Below, piece by piece: positions 30,501 to 39,690 of a stretch of 64,000 nucleotides of DNA; the stretch's first letter is position 1; each line of letters opens with the position of its first letter. The position numbers and the translations under genes are program-made. The DNA is from an uncultured Thermoplasmatales archaeon. GTDB lineage: Archaea > Thermoplasmatota > E2 > UBA202 > DSCA01. The stretch is from the NCBI GenBank assembly GCA_964414415.1, contig CAYPWJ010000005.1, forward strand, positions 11,772 through 75,771. Reading direction: 5' to 3'. The notes beneath the pieces are model-generated. The model did not search any database. It was given only the letters and a program-made list of their open reading frames with translations, and was not told the DNA's origin.

Positions 30501-32228
30501 GACTGGGTGCCTCCCGGACGGCTTGAAAAGCAAAAAGAGGAGCATACGCCTTTCGAGGAGCCGCGCACGCTGGAAACTCCTTACTACGTGAACGGCCGGG
30601 TGAAGACGCTGCTGCTCAACGTCGTCCCGCTCACCATTGACGGGGAGACGCTCATCTACGGCATCGGGCAGGACATCACGGAGCGAAAGCAATACGAACG
30701 ACGGCTCCGGGAAACGAAAAACCGGTACCAGTCGCTGTTTGACAACTCCCTGGTAGGCAGCATGCTGACCACCCCTGACGGCGACATCGTTGAAGCAAAC
30801 AACGCCTTAACGACCATCCTCGGTTACGACAAAAGCGAGCTAGGAGAGATGGACGCGGCAGACCTGTACCGGGATGCATCCGACAGAGAAAAGATACGGG
30901 AACTGATGGAAAAAAACGGCATCCTTATGGGCTACGAGACAACCCTGCAACACCAGGACGGGTCAGATGTCACGGTTCTCCTCAGCATCTCGAAAGTCGA
31001 CATCGAAGGCAAACCGTTCTATCAGAAGACGTGCCTCGACATCACCCGGCGGAAACAGGTGCAGCGCGAGCTGCAGGAAAGCGAGGAGAAATACCGGGCT
31101 ATCGTTGAGGGCAGCCACGACGCCATCTTCATCTACCGCGGCGACGAGTTCCTGTTCGTCAACGACCGCGCGGCGGAGCTCACCGGGTACAGCGAGGATG
31201 AACTCATGGACCTGCCCATCTGGGACCTCATCCACCCGGACGACCTCGACATGGTGAAAGACGTCCACCGGAAATGGGTGCAAGACGAGGACGCGCCCAA
31301 CGTCTACCAGGCCAGGATAGTGACCAAGGACGGCGACGTCCGACATTGCGAGTTTTCGATGACGGCCATCTCCTACCACGGCAGGGAGGCAGCCATGGGC
31401 GCCGTCCGGGACATCACCCGGCAAAAGCAGGCGGAGAAGGAACGTGAGCGATACATCAACGAGCTCCAGTTCACCGCGGACACCATCATATCGGTAAGCC
31501 GTATGCAGGATGTCGACGAGATATGCCAGATGGTCGCCAGACAGGTACACGAGGTGAACGACGATGCAGTCGTTGCGGTGTCTCTGTATGACCCAGAACG
31601 GGAGGCCATCACCATCAGAGCGGTGGAAGGCATCGGAGACAGGACACAGCGGCTCTTCGACCTGTTCGGCTTCGACCCCACCGAGCAGAGCATTGGGCGG
31701 GAAAAAATGAAGGAAGCGTCGGGGCTCTACGCCACCGGCACCCTCGAGCAGGTGCCCGGCGGCCTCCACCAATTGATGGGCGGCACGCTGCCAAAGGCCG
31801 CCTGCAACGCTGCTGAAAAACTATTTGGGATAGACGCAACATACACCGTCGGCTTCGCCCTGGGCAGCGACATGCCCTACGGCGGTATATCCATCTTCGT
31901 GCCCGAGGGACAAGAGCTGCAGTATCCATCGGCCATCGAGACCGTCGCCAGCCACGTGTCGACGGCGCTGCAGCGCCGGCAGGCCGAGGAGGAACGCCAA
32001 AAAGCCCTGGAGGAGATGGAGCGTGCGCTGGAGCTCGAAAAGCATTTCAAGGCCGACGCGGCGCATTTCTTCCTCAACCCGATCGCCATCGCCAAGGGAT
32101 ACATGGAGCTCGGGATTGAGGAGATGCCGGAGGAATCCGAGGAGAAGATACATCGGGCGCGGAAGGCCATCAAACGGGTGGAGACGGTCATCAAAAACAT
32201 CGTAGAAAAAGGCGAAATACATGAATAA
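27573..32228 (+). CDS. giant multi-sensor protein: REC, GAF, about 8 PAS/PAC modules, and a C-terminal H-box dimerization region without an ATPase domain
   Basis: REC (LLIEDNPADARL...VLLDLGLPDSQG), GAF (SDYHHVRIFLTDELGEAQLG...), repeated PAS cores with recurring ITERK(Q/K)AE(E) linkers, and a terminal ...EKHFKADAAHFFLNPIAIAKGYMEL H-box. No N/G1/G2 ATP-binding boxes follow. The ATG at 27573 overlaps the upstream stop. Confidence 0.8.
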   Translation: MTVVHTLLIEDNPADARLVEEMLAGLDDIQFDITMRESLADGAAFLDDHEADVVLLDLGLPDSQGMETFKSMHQKAPLVPIVVLTGLKDEELAVEMAREGAQEYLVKDTISSEVLTHTIQYAIERKNVEKHMHRLNSLLQAIREINQLIVRESDPEELITQTCNALASVSDYHHVRIFLTDELGEAQLGICADQDGTTKYPESGIPVCMERAIADSDIVAVETMGSMCSECPWNGSYDEEYNAVAIPLSYLGNVYGALSVLIPTERQEIAEEEGLFKEVADDLAFALYDLELEEKHRETEERYQQLVESTPGLICQLDPDGTTRFVNSYVEELMGYTVEEVVGEDWWSLFYPGDTREQVDELYDRFKADDDVRGFEMEMTDKHGERHIISWNSFNQWENGALQKIFGVGVDVTERETFLEKLKEKHRETEAMLESMLNAFVLFESVFDEDGNFVSYRFVYINKAYEEMTGVKLEDVKGKTVHEVWPDTEPEWIKRYGEVAVTGESQTFDLYHDPTGKVYHCNVYRPYDTQEKFCVIFEDITDWKQAQQELKAREKKFREIFHNANDAMYLHTLTDDGMPDRFIEVNDVACEMLGYTREEFLEMSPMDIDDPDAPTDVPAVMQDLLDEGHATFEMRHVAKDGSRVPVEISSHAFTLNGEQLVLSIARDITERKKRQRRLESSQEIAHVGSWEIDLATGDLSWSDETCRIFGVPVDEPVDYDTFLDFVHPEDRDHVDEKWNEALQTGEYDIEHRILVDGTTKWVREKADITFDGQGEPVEAIGSVQDITERKEREKTERELRQRIEAGLQAGNLAWWEMELPSGDVVFDDRKAEMLGYEPEHFETYEDFTELLHPDDYERAMQAMRDHLQGREENYEVEYRIRTSDGTYRWFRDVGGITERGEETGHTRVIGIVEDITERKQAQQELEKQERKLRMLFMETQNPILVANDEDVHVDANQAALDFLECDMETLRGTTPWDWVPPGRLEKQKEEHTPFEEPRTLETPYYVNGRVKTLLLNVVPLTIDGETLIYGIGQDITERKQYERRLRETKNRYQSLFDNSLVGSMLTTPDGDIVEANNALTTILGYDKSELGEMDAADLYRDASDREKIRELMEKNGILMGYETTLQHQDGSDVTVLLSISKVDIEGKPFYQKTCLDITRRKQVQRELQESEEKYRAIVEGSHDAIFIYRGDEFLFVNDRAAELTGYSEDELMDLPIWDLIHPDDLDMVKDVHRKWVQDEDAPNVYQARIVTKDGDVRHCEFSMTAISYHGREAAMGAVRDITRQKQAEKERERYINELQFTADTIISVSRMQDVDEICQMVARQVHEVNDDAVVAVSLYDPEREAITIRAVEGIGDRTQRLFDLFGFDPTEQSIGREKMKEASGLYATGTLEQVPGGLHQLMGGTLPKAACNAAEKLFGIDATYTVGFALGSDMPYGGISIFVPEGQELQYPSAIETVASHVSTALQRRQAEEERQKALEEMERALELEKHFKADAAHFFLNPIAIAKGYMELGIEEMPEESEEKIHRARKAIKRVETVIKNIVEKGEIHE

Positions 32229-32658
32229 AAAGTGTATCCTCGTCGTGGACGACGAGCCGGACATCCAGGAAATCCTGCGGGCCTACCTTGAGCGCATCGA
32301 TACCGTCACGGCGGTGCCAGCGCTGAGCGGCGAAGACGCCGTTGCCACCTATCGAGAGCTCGCCGATGGCGGCAGGACGCCGGCGATGGTCGTCATGGAC
32401 CTCAACCTCTCCGGCAGCAACTCCGATGAAGAGATCATCGACGCGCATCGTGCCGGCGAAGGTGAAAGCATGGACGGCGTCCGGACCGCCGAACGCATTC
32501 TGGATGCCGACGGCGACGCCGTGATATGGGGCTACACGGCCTGGTCGGACACGGCGTGGGGCGACCGCCTGCGTGAGGCCGGCGCTCGGAAGGTCGTCGA
32601 CCGCACCGTCTCCTTCAAGGAGTTCGCCGGCATGGTGGAATCATTTATGGCGGAGTAG
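32221..32658 (+). CDS. stand-alone receiver domain protein with an insertion
   Basis: ILVVDDEPDIQEILRAYL ... VVMDLNLSGSNSDEEI. It overlaps the stop of the giant sensor. Confidence 0.65.
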   Translation: MNKKCILVVDDEPDIQEILRAYLERIDTVTAVPALSGEDAVATYRELADGGRTPAMVVMDLNLSGSNSDEEIIDAHRAGEGESMDGVRTAERILDADGDAVIWGYTAWSDTAWGDRLREAGARKVVDRTVSFKEFAGMVESFMAE

Positions 32659-32907
32659 CACGACGGCGCCGGTATCGGTACAAAAAGGCGGTCTGCAGGA
32701 GGATTGAGGTGGAGGCAAACGCCGTCAAAAAAAGTGACGAGTTTGGGGCTCAATCCTCCGTTGCCCTCTGAAAGGGCTGACCGACCGCACTATAACAACG
32801 GTTAATAATATATAAAACTTTCGTTTACTGGACCGGGTCGGGGCCCTGCGCAGGAAAACGACGTTCACGACTGCAAATGTTATATATCGTTCTCAGTTGA
32901 AAGACAC

Positions 32908-35634
32908 ATGAGGGATGGAGCGACGCAGAGACAGACCGGCGGAGAGCAGGCAGCAGTGTCCACCGGAGACCACGACCATCTCCCGCTCCCCTACCAGTCG
33001 CTCGACGAGCAGGGTCGCATCCTGGACGTCAACCGCTGCTGGCTGGACACCCTCGGCTACACACGCAGCGACGTCATCGGCACCTGGTTCGGCGACCTGC
33101 TGCCGCCCGGGCAGCAGCAAAAATTCAAAAAAATGTTCCCCCGGTTCAAGGAAGAGGGAAGCATCCATGGATGCGAGCTGCAGCTCCTGAAAAAAGACGG
33201 CGGCACCATCCGCGCCTCCTTCAACGGAACGATAGCCTACAGGGACGACGGCTCCATCGAGCAGACGCACTGCATGTTCGAGGACATCACGGCGCTGCAC
33301 GAGACGGAGGAACGCTTCCGCCACCTGTATGAGAATGCAACCGTCGGCCTGTACCGGACGACGCCCGACGGCAGGATACTCATGGCCAACCCCGCCGCGG
33401 TGGATATGCTCGGCTACGACTCCTTCGAGGAACTGGCAGGGCGCGACCTCGAGGACACGGGCTACGAGCCGGGCTACCCGCGACGCAGATTCAAGGAGAT
33501 GATTGAAGAGCAGGGCGAGGTCCACGGCCTGGAGAGCGCCTGGAAGCGCAAGGACGGCAGCACCATCTACGTGCGGGAGAGCGCCAGAGCCTACTACGAC
33601 GACGATGGCCACATCAAGTACTACGAGGGCAGCGTCGAAGACATCACCGAGCAGAAGGAGGCCGTCACGCAGCTGCGGCGGCACATGGAAAACATGGAGT
33701 ACATAGCGGGGACAGCCAGGGAGTTCATGGAGCTCGAAGGGAGAGAAAAAGCATACGACTACATCGCCAGCTGCATCCATCAGCGCGTCGAAGACGGCGT
33801 GGTCATCGTCAACTCCTACGACGAGGAACGAGAGCTCTCCCGCGTCGAAGCGGTAGCCGGCATGGACAAAAAGCTGGAAAAGATAAGCGAGGTGCTCGGC
33901 CGGCATCCCGTCGGCATGGAATTCCCCATCAAAGGCACGGCAAAGCAGGAGATGCTGTCCGGCCGCCTGATGACCGGTCCGTCCGGGCTCTACGAGCTCT
34001 CAGCCGGGACGATTCCGCGTCCCGTCGCCGCGATGCTCGACCGACTGGTGAACGTCAACCAGATATACGGCATGGGCCTCACGAGGAAGAATACCCTGTA
34101 CGGCAACGTCGTCGTCATCACCACCTCGAGCGACGCCCGGGTGGAACCCGAGGTGCTCGAGGCGCTGATAGGCCAGGCTGCCATCTGGCTGCAGCGACAC
34201 CAGGCTGTGCAGGCACTCCGGAGAAGCGAGAAAAAATATCGGACGCTGTTCGAAAACATGGCGCAGGGCGTCTTCTACCAGCGCCCCGACGGCACCTTCG
34301 TTGACGTCAATCAGGCCGCCCTTGACATGTTCGGGCTGACCCGGAGCGAGTTCCTGAACCGCGATTCGACGCATCCGGACTGGCACGTCATCTCTGAGGA
34401 CGGCGAGGAGCTCCCGCCAGATGAGCGTCCCTCACGGGTGGCGCTGTCGACCGGCAGACCGGTGACCGACGTCACTGTCGGTGTCTCCAGTCCGGACGAC
34501 GATAGCTACACGTGGATGAGCGTCAACGCCATCCCGCAATACCGGGAGGATGAAGACGAGCCGTATCAGGTGTTCGTGACCCTCCAGGACGTCACCGCTC
34601 GGAAGAAGATGCATGATGCGCTCGCCGACAGCAAACGGGAGCTGGAGCTGACCCTGAACGCGACCACCGACGGCATCTGGACGTGGAACTTCAAGACCGA
34701 GGAGATGGAGTTCAGCCCCGGCTACTACACGATGCTCGGCTACGAGCCCGGCGCGTTCGAGCCATCATTCGAAAACTGGGTCTCCCTCATCCATCCAGAT
34801 GACCGGGAGGAAGCGCTGGAGACCGCGGAGGAGTACCTGGAGACAAAGCCCGACCACTACGAAAACGAGTTCCGCCTCCGCACCAGGGACGGCGGCTACC
34901 GGTGGATTCGGTCGCACGCCCGCGTCGTCGAGCGCAACGACGACGGAGCGGCGGTCCGCATGATCGGCAACCACGAGGACATCACGGAACGCAAGCGGAC
35001 CCATCTCGAGCTCAAACAGTCGCTGGAAGAAAAAAAGGTGCTACTCCGGGAGGTCCACCACCGCGTGAAAAACAACCTGCAGGTCATCTCGAGCATGCTC
35101 CAGATGGAATCCAGCCAGCATGATGACCTAGAGGCGAGGCAGGCGCTGCAGGACATGCAGCTCCGCATCAAGTCCATGGGGCTCGTCCACGAACACCTCT
35201 ACCAGTCGCCGGAGCTCTCGCACGTCGACGTCCAGGAGTACCTCACCCAGCTGGCGCACAACGTCATGCAGACATACAGCCGCGGCGAGCATCCTGCGCT
35301 CGACCTCGACGTGCAGGAGATGGAGCTGCCGCTGGACAAAGCCATACCATGCGGCCTCGTTGCGACCGAGCTGCTGTCGAACGCCTTCCGGCATGCCTTC
35401 CCCGACGGTCAGGCGGGAACCGCCCGTCTCTCGGCTCGATGCAGCGACGGGAAATGCATCCTGACGGTGAGCGACGACGGCGTCGGCATGCCCGAGGATA
35501 CGAACGGCGAGACGCTCGGATTGCAGCTCGTCGACGTGCTCGCGGCGCAGCTGGACGGCACCGTCACGTTCACCGGCGAGGAGGGCACCACGGCCACCCT
35601 GACGTTTGCCATGCCCAGCGAGGTGACACCGTGA
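32908..35634 (+). CDS. multi-PAS sensor histidine kinase of HisKA_2 type (HATPase_c_2)
   Basis: At least 5 PAS/PAC repeats. H-box EVHHRVKNNLQVISSML is the HisKA_2 signature. C-terminal ATPase LVATELLSNAFRHAF...DDGVGMP. Confidence 0.85.
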   Translation: MRDGATQRQTGGEQAAVSTGDHDHLPLPYQSLDEQGRILDVNRCWLDTLGYTRSDVIGTWFGDLLPPGQQQKFKKMFPRFKEEGSIHGCELQLLKKDGGTIRASFNGTIAYRDDGSIEQTHCMFEDITALHETEERFRHLYENATVGLYRTTPDGRILMANPAAVDMLGYDSFEELAGRDLEDTGYEPGYPRRRFKEMIEEQGEVHGLESAWKRKDGSTIYVRESARAYYDDDGHIKYYEGSVEDITEQKEAVTQLRRHMENMEYIAGTAREFMELEGREKAYDYIASCIHQRVEDGVVIVNSYDEERELSRVEAVAGMDKKLEKISEVLGRHPVGMEFPIKGTAKQEMLSGRLMTGPSGLYELSAGTIPRPVAAMLDRLVNVNQIYGMGLTRKNTLYGNVVVITTSSDARVEPEVLEALIGQAAIWLQRHQAVQALRRSEKKYRTLFENMAQGVFYQRPDGTFVDVNQAALDMFGLTRSEFLNRDSTHPDWHVISEDGEELPPDERPSRVALSTGRPVTDVTVGVSSPDDDSYTWMSVNAIPQYREDEDEPYQVFVTLQDVTARKKMHDALADSKRELELTLNATTDGIWTWNFKTEEMEFSPGYYTMLGYEPGAFEPSFENWVSLIHPDDREEALETAEEYLETKPDHYENEFRLRTRDGGYRWIRSHARVVERNDDGAAVRMIGNHEDITERKRTHLELKQSLEEKKVLLREVHHRVKNNLQVISSMLQMESSQHDDLEARQALQDMQLRIKSMGLVHEHLYQSPELSHVDVQEYLTQLAHNVMQTYSRGEHPALDLDVQEMELPLDKAIPCGLVATELLSNAFRHAFPDGQAGTARLSARCSDGKCILTVSDDGVGMPEDTNGETLGLQLVDVLAAQLDGTVTFTGEEGTTATLTFAMPSEVTP

Positions 35635-36755
35635 CGTCCATCCTCATCGTCGAGGACGACATGATTACCGCCACGGGCATCCAGAAGATGGTGGAGCGAT
35701 GGGACTACGAGGTGGACGGCATCGTCGACACCGGCGAAAAAGCCGTCAGCGCCGATCGGGAGCACCAGCCGGACATCATCCTGATGGACATCCGGCTCAA
35801 GGGAGACATGGACGGCATCGAGGCAGCCCGCCGCATCCAGGAGCACCGAAGTGTCCCCGTCCTGTATCTGACCGCCTACGCCGACCGGACGACGGTGGAG
35901 CGAGCCGTCGACACCGGACCCTACAGCTACATCCTCAAGCCCTTCCAGGAACGGGAGCTCAGGGCGGCCATCGAGGTCGCCCTGTACCGCCATCAACGGG
36001 ATGAAAAACTCAGGGAGAGCAAGGAAGAACTCGACCGCATCCTGGAGGGAACCGGCGACGGCATCTGCGTCATCGACACCGACTGCACGGTCCGCCGCGT
36101 CAACCAGGCGTACGCGGCGCTCGTCGGGAGCAGCGAGAAAGAAGCGACGGGAAAACAATGCCACGAGGTGTTCCCCACCACCCTGTGCGACACGTCGAAC
36201 TGTCCGCTCACCCGTATAATGGAGGACGGCGAAGACGTCGAATACGTCATGGAACAAAAAGCCGGTGAAGGCCAGCACGTCCACAGCATCCTGACCGCCA
36301 CGCCCTACAGGGATAACGACGGTCAACTGCTCGGCATCATCGTCGCCGTCAAGGACGTCACCGACACCATCGGCCTTGCCACCGACGCGCAGCAGGCAAC
36401 GGCGCGCAAACGCCGGAAGGAACGGGCGATGGGCGGCAAGACTCCCTGCGCCATCCTCTCCTGGGACGTCCACCCCGCCATCCGCAAAGAGCTGGCCGAG
36501 CATCTCACCAAGCGAGGGCTCACCCAGAAGAAAGTGGCCGACAAGCTGGGCGTCAGCCGGGCAGCGGTCTCGCAGTACCTCTCCAAAAAACGCGGCGACC
36601 TCGTGGACTTCGACGAGTCGATGCAGCAGGCGTTCGACGAGTCAGCGCAGCGCATCATCGAGGGTGGCGATGCCGTGCGGGAGATGTGCCGGCTGTGCCG
36701 GCGTGTCAAAAAAACACTCGGCCTGGACCCCGAGAGCAGCACAGCGTCACGATAA
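35631..36755 (+). CDS. response regulator with REC, PAS and C-terminal HTH (DNA-binding output)
   Basis: REC (ILIVEDDMITATG...IILMDIRLKGDMDG), a PAS with Cys-rich region, and a C-terminal LTQKKVADKLGVSRAAVSQYLSKKRG helix-turn-helix. The GTG at 35631 overlaps the kinase stop (GTGA). Confidence 0.75.
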   Translation: MTSILIVEDDMITATGIQKMVERWDYEVDGIVDTGEKAVSADREHQPDIILMDIRLKGDMDGIEAARRIQEHRSVPVLYLTAYADRTTVERAVDTGPYSYILKPFQERELRAAIEVALYRHQRDEKLRESKEELDRILEGTGDGICVIDTDCTVRRVNQAYAALVGSSEKEATGKQCHEVFPTTLCDTSNCPLTRIMEDGEDVEYVMEQKAGEGQHVHSILTATPYRDNDGQLLGIIVAVKDVTDTIGLATDAQQATARKRRKERAMGGKTPCAILSWDVHPAIRKELAEHLTKRGLTQKKVADKLGVSRAAVSQYLSKKRGDLVDFDESMQQAFDESAQRIIEGGDAVREMCRLCRRVKKTLGLDPESSTASR

Positions 36756-36856
36756 AACGTGCTTCATTCCTTTCCATCTCTATGTCTTCCTGCTCACGTC
36801 GACAGAAATCCTCCGCTGCGCCAGAAACGTTAAAAGAAAACAGGCGATGTCCTGCC

Positions 36857-37978
36857 ATGAAACAGGCGCTCGTGCTATTGGCCGTGACATCGCTGCTCGT
36901 CCTCCCCGCAGGCGGCGTATCGCTTGCGTCGACGTCGTCATCAGCAGCATCACCTGCATCCACGGCGGCGGAGGTGCCGGACGCATTCAGCTGGCGAAAC
37001 GTCAACGGCACCGACTACACGACCGGTGTCAAGAACCAGGAGCCATGCCCGAGCTGCGAGGCCTACGCCTTATGCGCGGCTCTGGAGACCAAGATGCAGT
37101 ACAAGCTGCGCGAACGGTTTAACCCAGACCTCTCCGAGGCGCACCTCTTCTTCTGCGCCGGCGGCACCTGTGAATGGGGCGTCAACGTCAGCCATGCAGC
37201 CGACTATCTCGTCGAGCACGGCGTCCCCGACGAGGGATGTTTCCCCGACCCGCATCGGCGCGGCGACCAGCCGTGCAACGACACGCTTCCCGGCTGGCAA
37301 AACCGGACCGTCAAGATACAGGAATGGGGGTGGGTGCCCCGCGACGAGGACGCCATCAAGCAGGCGCTCATCGACCACGGGCCGCTGACCATCTGCATCT
37401 GGGTCTACAAGGACTTCATGTACTACGACGGCGGCGTCTACCGGCATCGGTGGGGGCGGCTGGACGGCGGCCACCTGGTCACGCTGATGGGCTACGATGA
37501 CGGCAAGGAGGCGTGGCTGGTCAAGAACAGCTGGGGCCAAAGCTGGGGTGACGACGGCTGGTTCTGGATGGAATACGACATGGACTTGTTCATCCCGGGC
37601 TGCTACGGCGGCACCGGCATCCTGTACATCGACGGCGTGTACGGCACCTTCAAGCCCGACGTCCCCCGGGTCTACATCGAGGAGCCGCGGCGCTACCACA
37701 GCTACATCCTCGGCCGCGAGATACCCGCTATCTTTGGCCGCGCGCTGCTGCAAATCGGCATCCCTCGCGTCTTCGGTCACACCGGCATCGTCGTCAACGC
37801 CAGCAACACGGAGCGCGTCGACTTCTACCTGGACGGCTCGCCTCGGTATACGGACAGCGAGGCGCCGTTTTCGTGGCGGCTGGATGCCCTGCCCGGTCGG
37901 CACACCGTGGAGGCATATGCCTACAGCGACGACGGTAACGTCTCCCGCGACGTCGTCGACGTGTTCGTGGTGCTGTAG
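36857..37978 (+). CDS. secreted papain-like cysteine peptidase (C1 family) with C-terminal beta-sandwich domain
   Basis: Signal peptide MKQALVLLAVTSLLVLPAGG. Catalytic Cys motif NQEPCPSCEAYA (Q...C.SCWAF-like), His in GGHLVTLMGYDD, and Asn/Trp in WLVKNSWGQSWGDDGWFWM. The internal Met at 36857 was chosen. Confidence 0.8.
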   Translation: MKQALVLLAVTSLLVLPAGGVSLASTSSSAASPASTAAEVPDAFSWRNVNGTDYTTGVKNQEPCPSCEAYALCAALETKMQYKLRERFNPDLSEAHLFFCAGGTCEWGVNVSHAADYLVEHGVPDEGCFPDPHRRGDQPCNDTLPGWQNRTVKIQEWGWVPRDEDAIKQALIDHGPLTICIWVYKDFMYYDGGVYRHRWGRLDGGHLVTLMGYDDGKEAWLVKNSWGQSWGDDGWFWMEYDMDLFIPGCYGGTGILYIDGVYGTFKPDVPRVYIEEPRRYHSYILGREIPAIFGRALLQIGIPRVFGHTGIVVNASNTERVDFYLDGSPRYTDSEAPFSWRLDALPGRHTVEAYAYSDDGNVSRDVVDVFVVL

Positions 37979-38018
37979 CCCTCTCTTCGACATTTGAACG
38001 GCAATATATATTAAAAGC

Positions 38019-39644
38019 GTGATGTTGTATCCAGTGATGGACGGCAGACAGAAAATCCTGCTTCTCTCCGTCGTCGGGCTCGCCCTGCTGTCGTCGGTCA
38101 TGGCCTACAGCTGGCATGACCCCGGCAGCGACAGGGAGAAGTCAGCGGCCTCACTCGTGCTCTCTCCCGCCACGATCACGCTGGAGGAGAACGAAACCGT
38201 CGAGCTCGTCCTATCGTTTACCGCCGGTGATGGAACGCCGATATCCGCCGACGTTTCATGGAAGATAAACGCATCGGGGGGGACCGGGGAGATTCGCTGT
38301 GCGGCAGCGACCAACGCCTCGGGGCTGCTCAACGCGACCTATGCAGCACCGGCGGACGTCGACATCCGGAGGCACAACGTGACCATCGAGGCGCACGCAA
38401 CCTGGAACGAAAACACCTACGTTGCCACGGCGCAGGGGGTCGTCATCCCGACGATCCATGAGACCGCCGTCACGATATCCGCCGGTCAGGGAGTGATGAC
38501 CGCCGGCGAAACCGCCATGGTCACGGCGACGCTCCGCGTTCGCACCGACGACGGGTGGCGTCCGCTCACCGGGCAGCCGCTTGCCTGGACCTTCTTCGAG
38601 CGAGAGGAACGGACGCTGCGGCCGCTGGACACTGCAACGATATGCACCGACGCGGCTGGCAGGGCCACCGTCCCGTTTTTTCTCTCAGATGTCAACAGGA
38701 CAACGGAGGTGCTCTGCTGGGTGCAGATGGCTGAAAACCTCAGCGGCGACCGTGAATACCGGGGGTGTGAATGCACGACGACAATCGAGGTGCAGCCGGA
38801 GACACCCGGCAGCCATCCCGTCGTGCTCATCCACGGCTGGGGGGCCTCCGTCAACGACGGCATCCTCAACTTCACCTGGTGGAACCTGACACAAAAACTA
38901 CAGCAGCAGGGCTACGAGATCCTCGACTTTGACACCAGCACACCCGGCATCCAGTATCTCCGCTATGCACCCGGCTGGAACGACCATCACATCCCCTGGA
39001 TCGCGGCCCGGGTCAGCGACGCCATCCGACACGCGCTGGTCATGAACGGATACAGCCCCGACCAGACAGTCGACGTGGTGGCGCACAGCATGGGCGGCCT
39101 CGTCGCCCGGTTCATGGCGGAGCACCCTGATGCAGATGTTGACTACTGGAACAGCTCATGGCAGCCGGGTGACGAGGGGACGCCGTGGCACGGCGACGGC
39201 GACGGCGACGTCTCCCTGGACGGCAGACAGATAGATGACCTCTTCATGGTCGGGACGCCCAATCACGGTGTCCCGCCCAATCTCAAGGATCGATTTCTGG
39301 ACCTGCTGAGCTATCTCCCCATCCCCTGGTGGGCCTGCCAGACGCAGGACATGGTCTACGGCTCCACGTTCCTGCAGGCGATGGGGTACCAGGGATGCGG
39401 CATCGTTGACTACTATGCCATCGGCACGGACATCGGGTTTACCATCGGAGAACCGCGGGACTTCGACGGTGACGGCGTGAACCACACCACGGACGGGCTG
39501 GTCCCCACCGAGAGCCCCTATCTGGAGGGTGCCCCCCTGTACGTCGTCACCGGAAAAGCGTGGCCGCAGGGCGAAGCCGACCACATCTCGCAGATCGCCG
39601 TCAACGAACAGGTGCACCGCTACATCATCGGGCATCTCTCCTGA
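38019..39644 (+). CDS. secreted lipase/esterase-like alpha/beta hydrolase with N-terminal Ig-like (Big) domains
   Basis: N-terminal anchor/signal, two beta-sandwich repeats, then PVVLIHGWGAS (oxyanion region) and the nucleophile elbow VDVVAHSMGGLVARFM (GxSxG), as in PGAP1/lipase class 2-like hydrolases. Confidence 0.7.
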   Translation: MMLYPVMDGRQKILLLSVVGLALLSSVMAYSWHDPGSDREKSAASLVLSPATITLEENETVELVLSFTAGDGTPISADVSWKINASGGTGEIRCAAATNASGLLNATYAAPADVDIRRHNVTIEAHATWNENTYVATAQGVVIPTIHETAVTISAGQGVMTAGETAMVTATLRVRTDDGWRPLTGQPLAWTFFEREERTLRPLDTATICTDAAGRATVPFFLSDVNRTTEVLCWVQMAENLSGDREYRGCECTTTIEVQPETPGSHPVVLIHGWGASVNDGILNFTWWNLTQKLQQQGYEILDFDTSTPGIQYLRYAPGWNDHHIPWIAARVSDAIRHALVMNGYSPDQTVDVVAHSMGGLVARFMAEHPDADVDYWNSSWQPGDEGTPWHGDGDGDVSLDGRQIDDLFMVGTPNHGVPPNLKDRFLDLLSYLPIPWWACQTQDMVYGSTFLQAMGYQGCGIVDYYAIGTDIGFTIGEPRDFDGDGVNHTTDGLVPTESPYLEGAPLYVVTGKAWPQGEADHISQIAVNEQVHRYIIGHLS

Positions 39645-39690
39645 GCCGGCGGTCGCCAAAATTATTAAATAACCCGGCAGTTAGCCATCC

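Noticed and set aside
35349-35630. Upstream extension of the REC-PAS-HTH ORF to 468 aa
   Set aside because: The Arg-rich extension overlaps the C-terminus of the HisKA_2 kinase. The receiver domain begins at the GTG at 35631.
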